Source: Candidatus Aenigmatarchaeota archaeon (GTDB lineage Archaea; Aenigmatarchaeota; Aenigmatarchaeia; CG10238-14; SpSt-28). Taken from it: a stretch of DNA of 64,000 bases. The position numbers and the translations under genes are program-made. The stretch is taken from contig JAVYPJ010000002.1 in assembly GCA_038733315.1 (NCBI GenBank), positions 32,001-96,000 of the forward strand, in the 5' to 3' direction. Below the pieces are notes generated by a model. It saw nothing but the letters and a program-made list of their open reading frames with translations. It made no database searches and had not been told where the DNA came from. Shown here piece after piece: positions 9,796-20,184 of this stretch. Position 1 is the first letter of the stretch, and every line of letters begins with the position of its first letter.

Positions 9796-12225
9796 TATTA
9801 TAGAGTTAAAGGCATTCAAAAAAACTATACAATGCCAATTTCTAATGAAAGTTTAAAGTTTGAGAATCAAACTCAAATTCAAACTTTATGGCTTTCTGGT
9901 TGGAATTATAGAACTCCAATAACAATAAATAATACTCAAAATTCAAATACTTTAACTGATTATCAAGTTTTAGTAACAATAAATACTAAAAAACTTATTG
10001 AGGGAGAAGGAATCTACGAATTACCAATTTATATTTCTTCTGTTGGTACAGAATTAACTGATTATCAAATAAAAATTAATATAACAAATACTTCTATATT
10101 AGAAAAAATATCAGATGATGGAAGAGATATAAGATTTTTTAATAGAAGTACAGATAATCCATATTCTGATACTAATGGATTATTACCTTATTGGATTGAA
10201 GAAATTATTCCAAATCAAAGATTAGTCGTTTGGGTGAAAGTACCAAATATTACTGCAAGTGGAGGAACTACTATTTATTTGTATTATGGAAATCCTAATG
10301 CTAATTCTATGAGTAATGGAGATTTAGTTTTTGAATTTTTTGATGATTTTGATAATCTAAATACGAGTATTTGGGCGACATCTGGTTCTGTTAGCATCAA
10401 TGAAGGAATAGTTATTTTAGATAGAACAACTACTGATGCCAGATTATATTCCTTAAATCGTCTATATTCCTCCAAACCTTTTATAACTGAGGTTAAATAT
10501 CAACATCCTAGCGTATATAGAAATAGATTATATTTAACAACATCACAAAACGGTGGTTCCCCAACTAGTTACGACTATGGAATCTTTAGCCCTTCAATAT
10601 ATTGGAATGGATATACTGGTATAACACTTGCTACCAATACTTGGTATATTGTTAGATGGGAGGATACCACGACAAATTATATTTGGAGAATTCTAGATAT
10701 GAATTATAATGAAATAATAAGTAGAAATCATGGAAGCCCTATATCTAATACAGGTTATATATCTTTCTCTGGAACTGAGGACAGTTCAAGTGATTTTAGA
10801 TTGGATTGGATAAGAGTTCGCAAATATACTTCCCCAGAACCAACAGTAAATATCGGTAGTGAAAGAATAATAACTCAAATATCATCAGGTGAAAGAATGA
10901 GAAATGATTGTGGAGATATTAGATTTACTGATAGTGATGGAAGAAATTTAAATTATTGGATTGAAAGTGGATGTAATTCTACTAATACAAAAATCTGGGT
11001 AAAAGTACCAAATATTACTGCTAATTCAAATAAAATAATTTATTTGTATTATGGAAATCCAAATGCTAGTTCAGAAAGTAATCCACACAATACATTAGTT
11101 TTTTATGATGATTTTGAAAGTGGACAAATCGATAGTAACAAATGGGATATAAAACAGAGTGTAGGTTCAGTAGATATACGTACTGATGTGAGATTTGGAA
11201 CATATAGCATAGGCAGCGATCAGGGTCCATGGCAAGGTCTTGGTGAATATATATATGACCAAAATCACTTTTTTCTAAAACTTCCAGATGGACCAAATGT
11301 AAAGTACAAAGTAATAAACTATGCCATACGTTGGAAAACGACTTATTATTGGGGACATTTTTGTGGTTTTGGTTTCGGAGGAACCGCAGAGGCCTATTTT
11401 ATACCTTACGATAATGTTTGGCGTTTGTATGAGAGTATAATAGAACGAATTAATTCATCAACAATAAATGTAACTGTATTTGAAAATGGAGTAAACAAGG
11501 GTACATGGAGCTTTACAATACCTCAAAGTACGATTATAACTTATGGTATACAGACTCGTCATAATGGGGCTGGTGATAACAGTATCTACGTTCGGGGGGA
11601 TAATTTTATTGTTCGTAAATACACTTCTCCAGAACCAACAATTTCCATAGGAAATGAAGAAATACCAACAAACATCACAACTTCTATCACTCTTATAATC
11701 AATTCTCCACTAAACACAACCTACTATTCATCTAGCATACCTTTAAACATCTCAGCGATATCATACAATTCATCAGCTTTAATAACGGTTTATCTCAACA
11801 ACCAAGAAATTTATCAAACTAACTTACAAAGCAATACTTGGCTAAACATTTCTCAAACATTAACAAACTTAAATATAGGAACTTATAGTCTAACTGTAAT
11901 TATTAATAACTCTTATGGACTTCAAGTTATCGGAAACGTAACATTTAAGATAGAAGAGCAACCTGAAGAACAAGGTATTTTATTATCCTTAGTAAACATA
12001 GGTTCAATAGATTTAGGAAACAAATATTTAATAAAATTTTTATATGATAATAATAAAATAGAAACAAGAAATATAACAGTTCAAAATCAATTAAAAATCG
12101 GAGATTTTTTAGAAATTCCTTTAAAAGATTTGCCTAAGGGAAAAATTAAAAAAATAGAGGTTTATTGCTTAGATGTATGTCCTGGATTATTAATTGGAAT
12201 AAAAAGTGTAAATATTGAAGTTTAA
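9592..12225 (+). CDS. Pilin-scaffold surface protein with two nested DUF2341 modules and an Ig-like domain
   Basis: Pilin-like N-terminus [14 protein letters not shown]; two DIRF/YWIE/WVKVP/IYLYYGN/FxDDF...VRKYTSPEPT units; C-terminal VNIGSIDL...CPG pilin-like end. Confidence 0.8.
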   Translation: MSFSNKNSSLKKLISTYVATVILVVLTIGIGVTLYLYFSGYVSYLETKTEETSPIKSIIECSKARIDFYYRVKGIQKNYTMPISNESLKFENQTQIQTLWLSGWNYRTPITINNTQNSNTLTDYQVLVTINTKKLIEGEGIYELPIYISSVGTELTDYQIKINITNTSILEKISDDGRDIRFFNRSTDNPYSDTNGLLPYWIEEIIPNQRLVVWVKVPNITASGGTTIYLYYGNPNANSMSNGDLVFEFFDDFDNLNTSIWATSGSVSINEGIVILDRTTTDARLYSLNRLYSSKPFITEVKYQHPSVYRNRLYLTTSQNGGSPTSYDYGIFSPSIYWNGYTGITLATNTWYIVRWEDTTTNYIWRILDMNYNEIISRNHGSPISNTGYISFSGTEDSSSDFRLDWIRVRKYTSPEPTVNIGSERIITQISSGERMRNDCGDIRFTDSDGRNLNYWIESGCNSTNTKIWVKVPNITANSNKIIYLYYGNPNASSESNPHNTLVFYDDFESGQIDSNKWDIKQSVGSVDIRTDVRFGTYSIGSDQGPWQGLGEYIYDQNHFFLKLPDGPNVKYKVINYAIRWKTTYYWGHFCGFGFGGTAEAYFIPYDNVWRLYESIIERINSSTINVTVFENGVNKGTWSFTIPQSTIITYGIQTRHNGAGDNSIYVRGDNFIVRKYTSPEPTISIGNEEIPTNITTSITLIINSPLNTTYYSSSIPLNISAISYNSSALITVYLNNQEIYQTNLQSNTWLNISQTLTNLNIGTYSLTVIINNSYGLQVIGNVTFKIEEQPEEQGILLSLVNIGSIDLGNKYLIKFLYDNNKIETRNITVQNQLKIGDFLEIPLKDLPKGKIKKIEVYCLDVCPGLLIGIKSVNIEV

Positions 12226-12238
12226 AATTTTTAAAAAA

Positions 12239-13432
12239 TCAAGGATTAAACCATTCTATTTCATAATATCTAGTATTTGAATTACCTAACTCTATTTTAT
12301 TTGCAACATAATAAGTTACGCTACTCTCTCTATCTACAATAGCTATTAATAATCTCAAACCCAAACTATCCGCTAAATCTAAAGCGCTAGCTAAGAATTT
12401 TCCACTAATTTTTTCATCTTCTTGTAAACAGATTAAAATATATGAAGGATTAGAATTGTACGGATTTTCAACTTCATTTTTTTCATTTCTATGATAAACA
12501 ACAAAATCTATTGGAGTATTTTCTTTCATATAATCTTCACTTTTCATTCCCGGTATTGCCATTATAAAAGTTTTTTTAACACCATGCGCAACTCTTATAG
12601 CTCTTGCTAATTCACTTGTCAATATTTCCATATTTTTAGGAAAAACATGAATAACATGCTTAGAATGTATCCATTCTTTACCTTGTCTTAGTGGCGAAGC
12701 TCCTGGAAAATAAATTCTAAAATGTGTACCAAATTTAAAACCGGTTTTAACTATATATCCACTATCTCTCCACTCTTTATAAACTAAAAACAAATCTTCA
12801 AAGCTATCATTGTATTTTTTTTCATTTTCCAAAATTTCATTAAAACTAATTTTTTTATTACTTTTAATTTCAAAAACATCAAAACCCTTATAACAAAGAT
12901 AAGCAACTTCAAAACAATCAAGCAAATGAGTTTTACCCTTTTCAATATTCTTATAAACTCCATACTGACCAAACCAATATTTTTCAAAAAGTAAAATAGA
13001 ATTGCTATCGAAGAAAAAACCTATATGATTTTCTAAATCATAAAATATTTTAAGCTTTTCATTCTCAGAAAAAACAAGTGGTTGGGAGGGATATTTTTTT
13101 ATAGGACTTTTCCCAAAATTTTTTATATTTATTCTATCTAAATAAGTAATAAAAAGTCCTCTAATCTTCCAATCCCTATAAGCCAAATACCTTTCTATAA
13201 ATCTTGCTTCAGAAAACCTTCGCAAAAAATCACTAGCGCTAACTATTCTATTAGCTTCATAAACTTTTGCATTCCTAATTTCTAATAAAAAAAGAGCCTC
13301 CTCTTTTTCCAACTTTACATAATTTTTTTCAAACTTCCCAATAAAACTTTTTCTTAATTCTTCCTTAGAAAAATCGTCGTAGCAATAAAAATTTCCATCT
13401 TTTTCTACATAAATCTCTATGCTCCTATTCAT
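12239..13432 (-). CDS. endA: tRNA-splicing endonuclease, three-unit epsilon2-like
   Basis: KTGFKFGTHFRIY, HSKH and RVAHGVKK catalytic unit, extra N-terminal unit (AYRDWKIRG), C-terminal beta unit (IAIVDRESSVTYY), FGQYGVYK loop. Confidence 0.9.
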   Translation of the reverse strand: MNRSIEIYVEKDGNFYCYDDFSKEELRKSFIGKFEKNYVKLEKEEALFLLEIRNAKVYEANRIVSASDFLRRFSEARFIERYLAYRDWKIRGLFITYLDRINIKNFGKSPIKKYPSQPLVFSENEKLKIFYDLENHIGFFFDSNSILLFEKYWFGQYGVYKNIEKGKTHLLDCFEVAYLCYKGFDVFEIKSNKKISFNEILENEKKYNDSFEDLFLVYKEWRDSGYIVKTGFKFGTHFRIYFPGASPLRQGKEWIHSKHVIHVFPKNMEILTSELARAIRVAHGVKKTFIMAIPGMKSEDYMKENTPIDFVVYHRNEKNEVENPYNSNPSYILICLQEDEKISGKFLASALDLADSLGLRLLIAIVDRESSVTYYVANKIELGNSNTRYYEIEWFNP

Positions 13433-13451
13433 AAAATTAAAATAAATAAAC

Positions 13452-14102
13452 TTATTCCAAAACTATTCTTAGCTTACCGTTTTCAAACTTTTTTTCAACT
13501 ATAGATTTTTCTTTGGGTTTAGAAATTATTTTGAAATACGCCTTATCTTTTGCATATGCTCTAATTTCTATACTTTCCTCTAACTCAGATATTTCTATAT
13601 CCTTAGAGCTTTCAACATCCGGCAAGCTAACTTCTATTTCTATCCTTTCCAAATTTCTTACTATTTTAACCTCTGGCTCTTCAGTAATTTTAACTTTTCT
13701 AACCTCTTTTACTTCATCTTTTTCTTCCTCAACCTCTTCAATACCTATTTTTCTTTTTATATCTTCTTTAATTTTTGGTTCCAAATCTTTATAATCTCCA
13801 AAAGTTTTTATATACACTTTTGGTTTTTTTCCGCTTTCACTTTTTATAACTACACTTATTCCACCACCCTTTACATACTTCTCATCTTTATCAAAATCGG
13901 ACATCTCTTTAAAAACTTTTTTAATCATTCTATCAAAATCATCAAAAAACTCTCTTATATCAAACCTTTCAAATCCAAAACCTTCATCTAAACCTCTAAA
14001 AAACATTTTAATACTTAAATTACATCCACAATAAGGGCAATAAGTCCAACTAGCATCTACTTCATTTCCACAGCATGGGCAATTTATATATCTTCTCCTC
14101 AT
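13452..14102 (-). CDS. Small heat-shock protein (Hsp20-like) with N-terminal zinc ribbon
   Basis: CPCCG...YCPYCG, EEPEV...LPDV...FENGKL alpha-crystallin pattern; start moved to MRRRY. Confidence 0.8.
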   Translation of the reverse strand: MRRRYINCPCCGNEVDASWTYCPYCGCNLSIKMFFRGLDEGFGFERFDIREFFDDFDRMIKKVFKEMSDFDKDEKYVKGGGISVVIKSESGKKPKVYIKTFGDYKDLEPKIKEDIKRKIGIEEVEEEKDEVKEVRKVKITEEPEVKIVRNLERIEIEVSLPDVESSKDIEISELEESIEIRAYAKDKAYFKIISKPKEKSIVEKKFENGKLRIVLE

Positions 14103-14146
14103 AAAATAAAATTTCTTTTTAATATATAACTTAAAAATATAATATA

Positions 14147-14293
14147 ATGGATTTTTATCTTTTTCTGTTAGGATTATTAGACACATTAGCAGCACTAATA
14201 ATAATCTTTAATCTTAGTGAAAACATATTTTTTCTAATAATCTCTTTTTTGCTTTTAATAAAGGGATTATGGAGCTTAGTGTTATCTTTTTAA
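14147..14293 (+). CDS. Small membrane protein (48 aa), absent from the ORF track
   Basis: MDFYLFLLGLLDTLAALIIIFNLSENIFFLIISFLLLIKGLWSLVLSF; two hydrophobic segments; fills the intergenic gap. Confidence 0.65.
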   Translation: MDFYLFLLGLLDTLAALIIIFNLSENIFFLIISFLLLIKGLWSLVLSF

Positions 14294-14910
14294 ATTAAAT
14301 ACTTCAATATTAAATAAATTATTACCACTAAAACGAAAACTATTGCTATAATTTCTATTTCTCTTGAATATTCTAAGGATTTTTCCCAGTATTCGCCTAA
14401 GAAAAATCCAAGAGAAACTAAAAAAGAATTCCAAATCAAAAAACCTAAGAAAGTTAATAAAAAGTACAATTTCATTTTTGTTTTAAAAATTCCAGCTGGA
14501 ATTGATATTAAACTCCTAAAGCCAGGAACAAATCTAAATATAAAAATAGTTAAGAAGCTATTATTGTTAAACCATTTTTCAGCTATTTTTAACCTTTTTT
14601 CTGATATAAAAAAATATTTACCATATTTTTTTACTAAACCTCTTCCTAAATAACCTAAATAATAAAGTGGTAACGATCCTAAGGTATTTCCAAGAGCTCC
14701 AACTATTATTGAAATAATCAAAAGAAAATAGCTATTGTTTATATATGCAAGATATCCAGCAAAAGGCAAAACAATTTCACTAGGTAAAGGTGCAAATAAC
14801 GTTTCTAAAAACGATAAGACAAAAATACCAAAAATATGATAGGTTTTTACAAAATCTAAAATATAATTAAAAAACAATTCATAAAAATTTATTCCAAACA
14901 TCATTTCCAA
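14290..14910 (-). CDS. DedA family membrane protein
   Basis: LETLFAPLPSEIVLPFAG, RFVPGFRSLISIPAG. Confidence 0.92.
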   Translation of the reverse strand: MEMMFGINFYELFFNYILDFVKTYHIFGIFVLSFLETLFAPLPSEIVLPFAGYLAYINNSYFLLIISIIVGALGNTLGSLPLYYLGYLGRGLVKKYGKYFFISEKRLKIAEKWFNNNSFLTIFIFRFVPGFRSLISIPAGIFKTKMKLYFLLTFLGFLIWNSFLVSLGFFLGEYWEKSLEYSREIEIIAIVFVLVVIIYLILKYLI

Positions 14911-15416
14911 ATCTCGTAGTTTTCATTTTTCCTTTCTTTTATAACTCTTGCAATAACAAAAAGCATGTCTGAAAGTCTATTTAAATATTTTAGTATGTTA
15001 TCATCAATTTCTTTTTCTTCTTTTAGTTTCCATAAACTTCTTTCAGCTCTTCTACAAACAGCCCTAGCATATTGCAAAAAAGTAAATTCTAAACATCCAG
15101 ATGGATATACAAAATGATTTATTGGCTTTAGAGTACTTTCAAAAAAATTAATTTTTTCTTCAAGTTTTTTGACATCCTCATCGCTGATTTTGTATTTTTC
15201 AAATCCAGCTATTATTGAAGAAATCTCAAATATTTTTGTTTGAACATTTTTAAGAATTTCATTAATATCAACATCTTTTATTAAGCTTCTGCATATACCA
15301 ATTACACAATTTAACTCATCTAAATCTCCTAAGGCATCTATAAGACATTCGCTTTTTTTAATTTTTTTGCTATTAATATAACATTCTCCTTTATCTCCAC
15401 TTCCAAATTTTTTCAT
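14901..15416 (-). CDS. PduO-type ATP:cob(I)alamin adenosyltransferase
   Basis: GDKG, ALGDLDELN, ARAVCRRAER, YLNRLSDMLFVIAR. Confidence 0.92.
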   Translation of the reverse strand: MKKFGSGDKGECYINSKKIKKSECLIDALGDLDELNCVIGICRSLIKDVDINEILKNVQTKIFEISSIIAGFEKYKISDEDVKKLEEKINFFESTLKPINHFVYPSGCLEFTFLQYARAVCRRAERSLWKLKEEKEIDDNILKYLNRLSDMLFVIARVIKERKNENYEIWK

Positions 15417-15421
15417 AAAAA

Positions 15422-16252
15422 TTATATAGCCAAAGCTTTTTTTTCAAAATTTTTTAGTGCGTTTTCTTCCCAAATCGTTAACCTACCTATTTTTGCTCCT
15501 GGAGCAAGTATTTCGCTATTTAGCTCTGATAAGGCCGCTACCTCTATGTTTAAATTTTTTAAAAGTTTTCTTAATCTTTTCGCTTTTTCAACATTTTCAA
15601 CAATTAATAAAATTCCTCTTTTTTTCTTATATTTTCTTCCTCTTACTTTCCCCTTTCCAGCCCTTATTTTCCTTTCTTTGATTCTTTCTAATTCTTCTTC
15701 TAATCCAACTTTTATTAAAAAACTTTTGAAGTCCTTTGCTTTTTTTATTTTTTCTATTTCTTCACTTGCCAAAACAATTGGAAAATTCTTTATTTCATCT
15801 ATTTTATGTCCTCTATTAATTACAAAGTCTTTTATTAAAGTTGCAATTGCTGCAGAGATTATTGCTATATTTTTTTCTTTCTTATTTATTTTTTGTTTCC
15901 AAATTTTTTCAGCTTTTGGTGTATGGGCTCTTTTACCCTTTCTAACATTTGCAGAAACCCTTGCTACAAACATCATGTGCAATGGTGCTTTTCCATGAAT
16001 TCTTTGATGCCTTGCCATACCTCTGTTCATTTGAGTAGCATAAGCTCTAAAAGGTCTTCTTCTTCCATGATAATGCGCGCTTGTCCTTAAACCAGCAAAA
16101 ACATCTGTACCATATGCTTGCCTTCTATTAGCTTGAATTCTTAAAACATCTCTAAGAATTAAATCATCTCGAATAGTGAAGCTCATAAGGCTATCATTAA
16201 TCTTTAGTTCCCTAACCTTTTCAGCATTAATATTTATTACGTCCAATTTCAT
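15422..16252 (-). CDS. rpl4: 50S ribosomal protein uL4
   Basis: RRQAYG..AGLRTSA, KINKKEK, KIRAGKGKVRGRKY, LAPGA..GRLTIW. Confidence 0.95.
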   Translation of the reverse strand: MKLDVININAEKVRELKINDSLMSFTIRDDLILRDVLRIQANRRQAYGTDVFAGLRTSAHYHGRRRPFRAYATQMNRGMARHQRIHGKAPLHMMFVARVSANVRKGKRAHTPKAEKIWKQKINKKEKNIAIISAAIATLIKDFVINRGHKIDEIKNFPIVLASEEIEKIKKAKDFKSFLIKVGLEEELERIKERKIRAGKGKVRGRKYKKKRGILLIVENVEKAKRLRKLLKNLNIEVAALSELNSEILAPGAKIGRLTIWEENALKNFEKKALAI

Positions 16253-16290
16253 TATATTAATTTAAAATCAAACATTTATATTTTTTAATA

Positions 16291-17046
16291 ATGAAGAATT
16301 ACGGCGAAAAACTTATTGTTTTAAGAGAGGTTGAAAAACCAAAAATTAGCGTTGTAATACCTACGTATAATGAAGAAAAGTATTTGGAAGATACTTTAAT
16401 TTCTATAAAATCCCAAAATTTTAAGCATCCTTACGAAATTATCGTTAGCGATTCGAACAGCAAAGACAAAACTATCGAAATTGCAAAAAAATATGCGGAT
16501 AAAATTGTAATAACTAAGAAAAGAGGTATTGCAATAGGAAGAAACTTAGGAGCAAAATATGCTAATGGAGAAATAATTCTTTTCGTAGATGCGGATACAA
16601 TATTATTACCAAATACATTAAACGAAATTTACAAGGAAATAAGAAAAAACAACGTTTCCTTAGTTACAAGCCCATATTTATCAAGAGAATACTCAGCTCA
16701 ATATAATTTTTATCTAGTTTTTTCATACTTTTATATAAAATCTCTTTATTTATTTAGGAAAACATCTCAATTACCAGGATTTTTTATAGCTTGTAAAAAG
16801 AAGGATTTTTTAAAAATAGGTGGATTTAACGAGAAACTTAAAGTGTTGGAGGATTTTGACTTTTCAGAAAGAATGTCTAAGCTAGGTAAAATAAGTTTTG
16901 TAGAATCTACATTTGTTTTAACATCTTCTAGAAGGATTAGAAAATGGGGATTAAAGGCCATACCAAAATATTTAACTACATATCTTTATTACATTATTTT
17001 TAGAAATGACAAACTTGGAAAAAAGTTCTGGAAACCAATTAGATAA
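16291..17046 (+). CDS. Glycosyltransferase family 2
   Basis: SVVIPTYNEE, RNLGA, FVDAD, GGFNE, EDFDF. Confidence 0.92.
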   Translation: MKNYGEKLIVLREVEKPKISVVIPTYNEEKYLEDTLISIKSQNFKHPYEIIVSDSNSKDKTIEIAKKYADKIVITKKRGIAIGRNLGAKYANGEIILFVDADTILLPNTLNEIYKEIRKNNVSLVTSPYLSREYSAQYNFYLVFSYFYIKSLYLFRKTSQLPGFFIACKKKDFLKIGGFNEKLKVLEDFDFSERMSKLGKISFVESTFVLTSSRRIRKWGLKAIPKYLTTYLYYIIFRNDKLGKKFWKPIR

Positions 17047-17047
17047 T

Positions 17048-17542
17048 TTATCTTTTATACCCTATTTTCCTTAGAAATTCATACCTTTCTTTTTTATCTT
17101 CTTCTTTTTCTATTCCTAATGGACTATTTCCATCTATTACTCCTATAATTCCTCTTCCTTGCTCGGTTTCAGCAACTATTACTTGTAAAGGATTTGCTGT
17201 AGCAGCAAAAATTCTTATAACTTCCGGAACTTCTTTAATATATTTCAAAACATTTATAGGGTAAGCATTCTTAATATAAATTATAAACGTATGTCCAGCT
17301 CCAATTACTTTCGCATGCTCAACAGCTAAGCTTATTAATTCTTCATCATTTCCTTCAAATCTTATTAACCTTTTTCCACTTGCTTCACAAAAAGCAACTC
17401 CAAATTTTATATTCGGCAAAGAATTAACTAGGGCTTCATACAAATCTTCAACAGTTTTAATAAAATGAGCTTGCCCAATAATTACATTACAATCTTTCGG
17501 TATTTCTACTTGTATTATCTCAAATTTTTTAATATTCTTCAT
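17048..17542 (-). CDS. Adenosine-specific kinase family (DUF355)
   Basis: [42 protein letters not shown]. Confidence 0.9.
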   Translation of the reverse strand: MKNIKKFEIIQVEIPKDCNVIIGQAHFIKTVEDLYEALVNSLPNIKFGVAFCEASGKRLIRFEGNDEELISLAVEHAKVIGAGHTFIIYIKNAYPINVLKYIKEVPEVIRIFAATANPLQVIVAETEQGRGIIGVIDGNSPLGIEKEEDKKERYEFLRKIGYKR

Positions 17543-17577
17543 AATTATCTTATAAAAAATTTTTCATAAATAAATTT

Positions 17578-19851
17578 ATGGAAAAAAAGGTTTGGGATAA
17601 GTCTATAGAAGAAGAGATTTTAAACGTTTGGAAAAGTGAAAAAATTGTTTTTCCAAGAGGAAAGAAAACAATAATAATAGATACTCCACCACCATATACT
17701 GGACCTTTTTGGCATATTGGAGCAGTTCTAAGCTATACTTTACAAGATATTATTGCAAGAATATTCAGAATGCTCGGATATAATGTTATATTTCCGATAG
17801 GTTTTGATAGGAATGGAATTCCTGTTGAATGGTATGTAGAAAAGTATGAAAAAGTTAGCATTAATGATGTTGGTAGAGAAAAATTCTTAGAGATATGCAA
17901 ATCAAACTTAGATAAATATACAGAAAAAATGAAAGAAATTTTAATAAGAGTTTTGTGTAGCTATGATTTTGAAAATGTATATCTAACAGATAGCGAAGAT
18001 TATAGAGCTTTAACTCAAAGAACTTTTATAGAGCTTTTTAAAAAAGGACTTATATACGAAGATTATAGGCCAAATACATATTGTCCAAGGTGCAAAACTA
18101 CAATTGCTTTAAGCGAAATAGATAGAGAAGAAACGAATTCAAAACTTTATTACATTAAGTTTAAAATAAAAGATAACGAAGAAGATCTCATAATAGCAAC
18201 TACTAGACCAGAGCTTATAGAAGCATGCAGATTAATTGCGTACAATCCAAAAGATAAAAGATATAAAAGATTAAAGAATAAAAAAGCGATTGTTCCGATT
18301 TTTAACTTAGAGGTTCCGATTATAGAAAGAAAAGAGATTGACATGAATTTCGGAAGCGGAATAATGATGGTTTGCTCTTATGGAGATTTAGATGATGTAA
18401 GAATTCTAAATGAAGAAAAAATCGAGCCAAAAATATTAATTGATGAAGAGGGAAAATACATTGGAGAAAAATATAAGGGAAAAACTTTAAGAGAAGTTAG
18501 AGAGTTAATTTTAAATGAATTAAGGGAAAATGGACTAATAATAAAAGAAGAAGATGTTATACAGAATTTGCCTGTACATGATAAGTGCAGAACTCCAATC
18601 GAAATAATTCCAATGAAAGAATTTTATTTAAAACAAATCGATTTTAAAGACGACATTTTAAAAATAGCTAAAAAGCTTAAGTTTTATCCAAAAGAGCATA
18701 AAAAAAGACTAATTAATTGGATAAAATCTATAACCATAGATTGGCCGATTTCGAGAAGAAGATATTATGCTACAGAAATTCCATTGTGGTACTGTAAAAA
18801 ATGCGGTAATATATTTTATTTTGAGGATGGAAAATATCATCAGCCATGGAAAGAAAAAATAGATGTTATTTGCAATAAGTGCGGAAGTAATGAGTGGATT
18901 GGCGAAGAAAGAACCTTAGATACTTGGTTTGACAGCTCAATAACAATTTTATATTTAACAAAATATGGTAGTAATGATTTTGAAAGATTGTTTTCTTCTA
19001 TTAAACTTAGGCCCCAAGGCTATGATATAATAAGAACATGGCTTTATTATACTTTACTAAGAGTGTATCAGCTAACAAATAGACCTGCTTTTGAAATAGT
19101 AGTTATAAATGGCATGGGCTTAGATGCAGAAGGTAGAAAAATGAGTAAAAGCTTAGGCAATGTTATATATCCAGAAGAAATTTTTGAAGAAATGGGTATA
19201 GAGCCATTAAGACTTTGGTTTGCTACAGAAATTAATATAGGAAATGATTATAGAATAGATAAGCAAAAGGCAGCTGGAATGAAATCATTCTTAACTAAAT
19301 TAGTTAATATAGCCAATTTTATATCTCAATTTAAATACGAGAAAAAAGTTATTGATAAGCCAAGCGACGTTTGGATAGTAAGCCTTTTAATGAAAACTAA
19401 GAGCGAAGTTTTAACTCACTATAAAAATCTTGAAATTTCTGAGGCAGCTAGAAAGATTTATACTTTTACTTGGGATATATTTGCATCTCATTATATAGAA
19501 ATGGTTAAGCGAAGAGTTTATAATAATGATGAATCTGCAAAATATACTTTATATTTTGTTTTTGGAGAAGTATTGAAATTATTAGCACCAATAATTCCAG
19601 CAACTTGTGATTATTTGTATAGGGAGATTTATGGAAAGAGCATATTGTCTGAAACTTTTGGAAATGTTAATAAAAAATTAATAAATGAAAATCTATTGGC
19701 AAAGACAAACAGAATTTTAGAGTTTAATAGTTATATTTGGAAAAAGAAAAAAGAGCTAAATCTAAGTCTTAAGGACCCAATTAATGAAAAGGTTTGGGAA
19801 GATTTAAAGGAGTTTGAGAGCGATTTAATTCTTATGCATAATTTACAGTAA
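17578..19851 (+). CDS. valS: Valine--tRNA ligase
   Basis: IDTPPPY..HIGA, IATTRPE, DWPISRRRYY, DTWFDS, KMSKS. Confidence 0.95.
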   Translation: MEKKVWDKSIEEEILNVWKSEKIVFPRGKKTIIIDTPPPYTGPFWHIGAVLSYTLQDIIARIFRMLGYNVIFPIGFDRNGIPVEWYVEKYEKVSINDVGREKFLEICKSNLDKYTEKMKEILIRVLCSYDFENVYLTDSEDYRALTQRTFIELFKKGLIYEDYRPNTYCPRCKTTIALSEIDREETNSKLYYIKFKIKDNEEDLIIATTRPELIEACRLIAYNPKDKRYKRLKNKKAIVPIFNLEVPIIERKEIDMNFGSGIMMVCSYGDLDDVRILNEEKIEPKILIDEEGKYIGEKYKGKTLREVRELILNELRENGLIIKEEDVIQNLPVHDKCRTPIEIIPMKEFYLKQIDFKDDILKIAKKLKFYPKEHKKRLINWIKSITIDWPISRRRYYATEIPLWYCKKCGNIFYFEDGKYHQPWKEKIDVICNKCGSNEWIGEERTLDTWFDSSITILYLTKYGSNDFERLFSSIKLRPQGYDIIRTWLYYTLLRVYQLTNRPAFEIVVINGMGLDAEGRKMSKSLGNVIYPEEIFEEMGIEPLRLWFATEINIGNDYRIDKQKAAGMKSFLTKLVNIANFISQFKYEKKVIDKPSDVWIVSLLMKTKSEVLTHYKNLEISEAARKIYTFTWDIFASHYIEMVKRRVYNNDESAKYTLYFVFGEVLKLLAPIIPATCDYLYREIYGKSILSETFGNVNKKLINENLLAKTNRILEFNSYIWKKKKELNLSLKDPINEKVWEDLKEFESDLILMHNLQ

Positions 19852-19857
19852 AAAAGT

Positions 19858-20139
19858 CTAATCTTTTTCTCGATTTTCCTTATGTTTATAATATCGATAT
19901 AAAATTAGGATTGCGACAAAATAAGCTAGAGAGAGTGTTGGCGAAAACGCAAATACAGTTGGTAATATTACCTGCGCAGCTTGAATATTTCCTATTATTG
20001 GCAGGAGTGATAAAAAGAAGAATATAACTGCGAAATTCATTAAAGTTTTAATAAGCTCTTCGTTTTTAATTTTTTCGTTTTTTTTGTTTTGAAAATCGTT
20101 TAGAAGCGTTTCTATATTGTTTTTTACCTTTCTCCTCAT
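19858..20139 (-). CDS. Small membrane protein
   Basis: 93 aa, two hydrophobic segments. Confidence 0.55.
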   Translation of the reverse strand: MRRKVKNNIETLLNDFQNKKNEKIKNEELIKTLMNFAVIFFFLSLLPIIGNIQAAQVILPTVFAFSPTLSLAYFVAILILYRYYKHKENREKD

Positions 20140-20184
20140 AAATATTTATTTCAATATTTTTATAATTCTTAATTATTATAGAAG

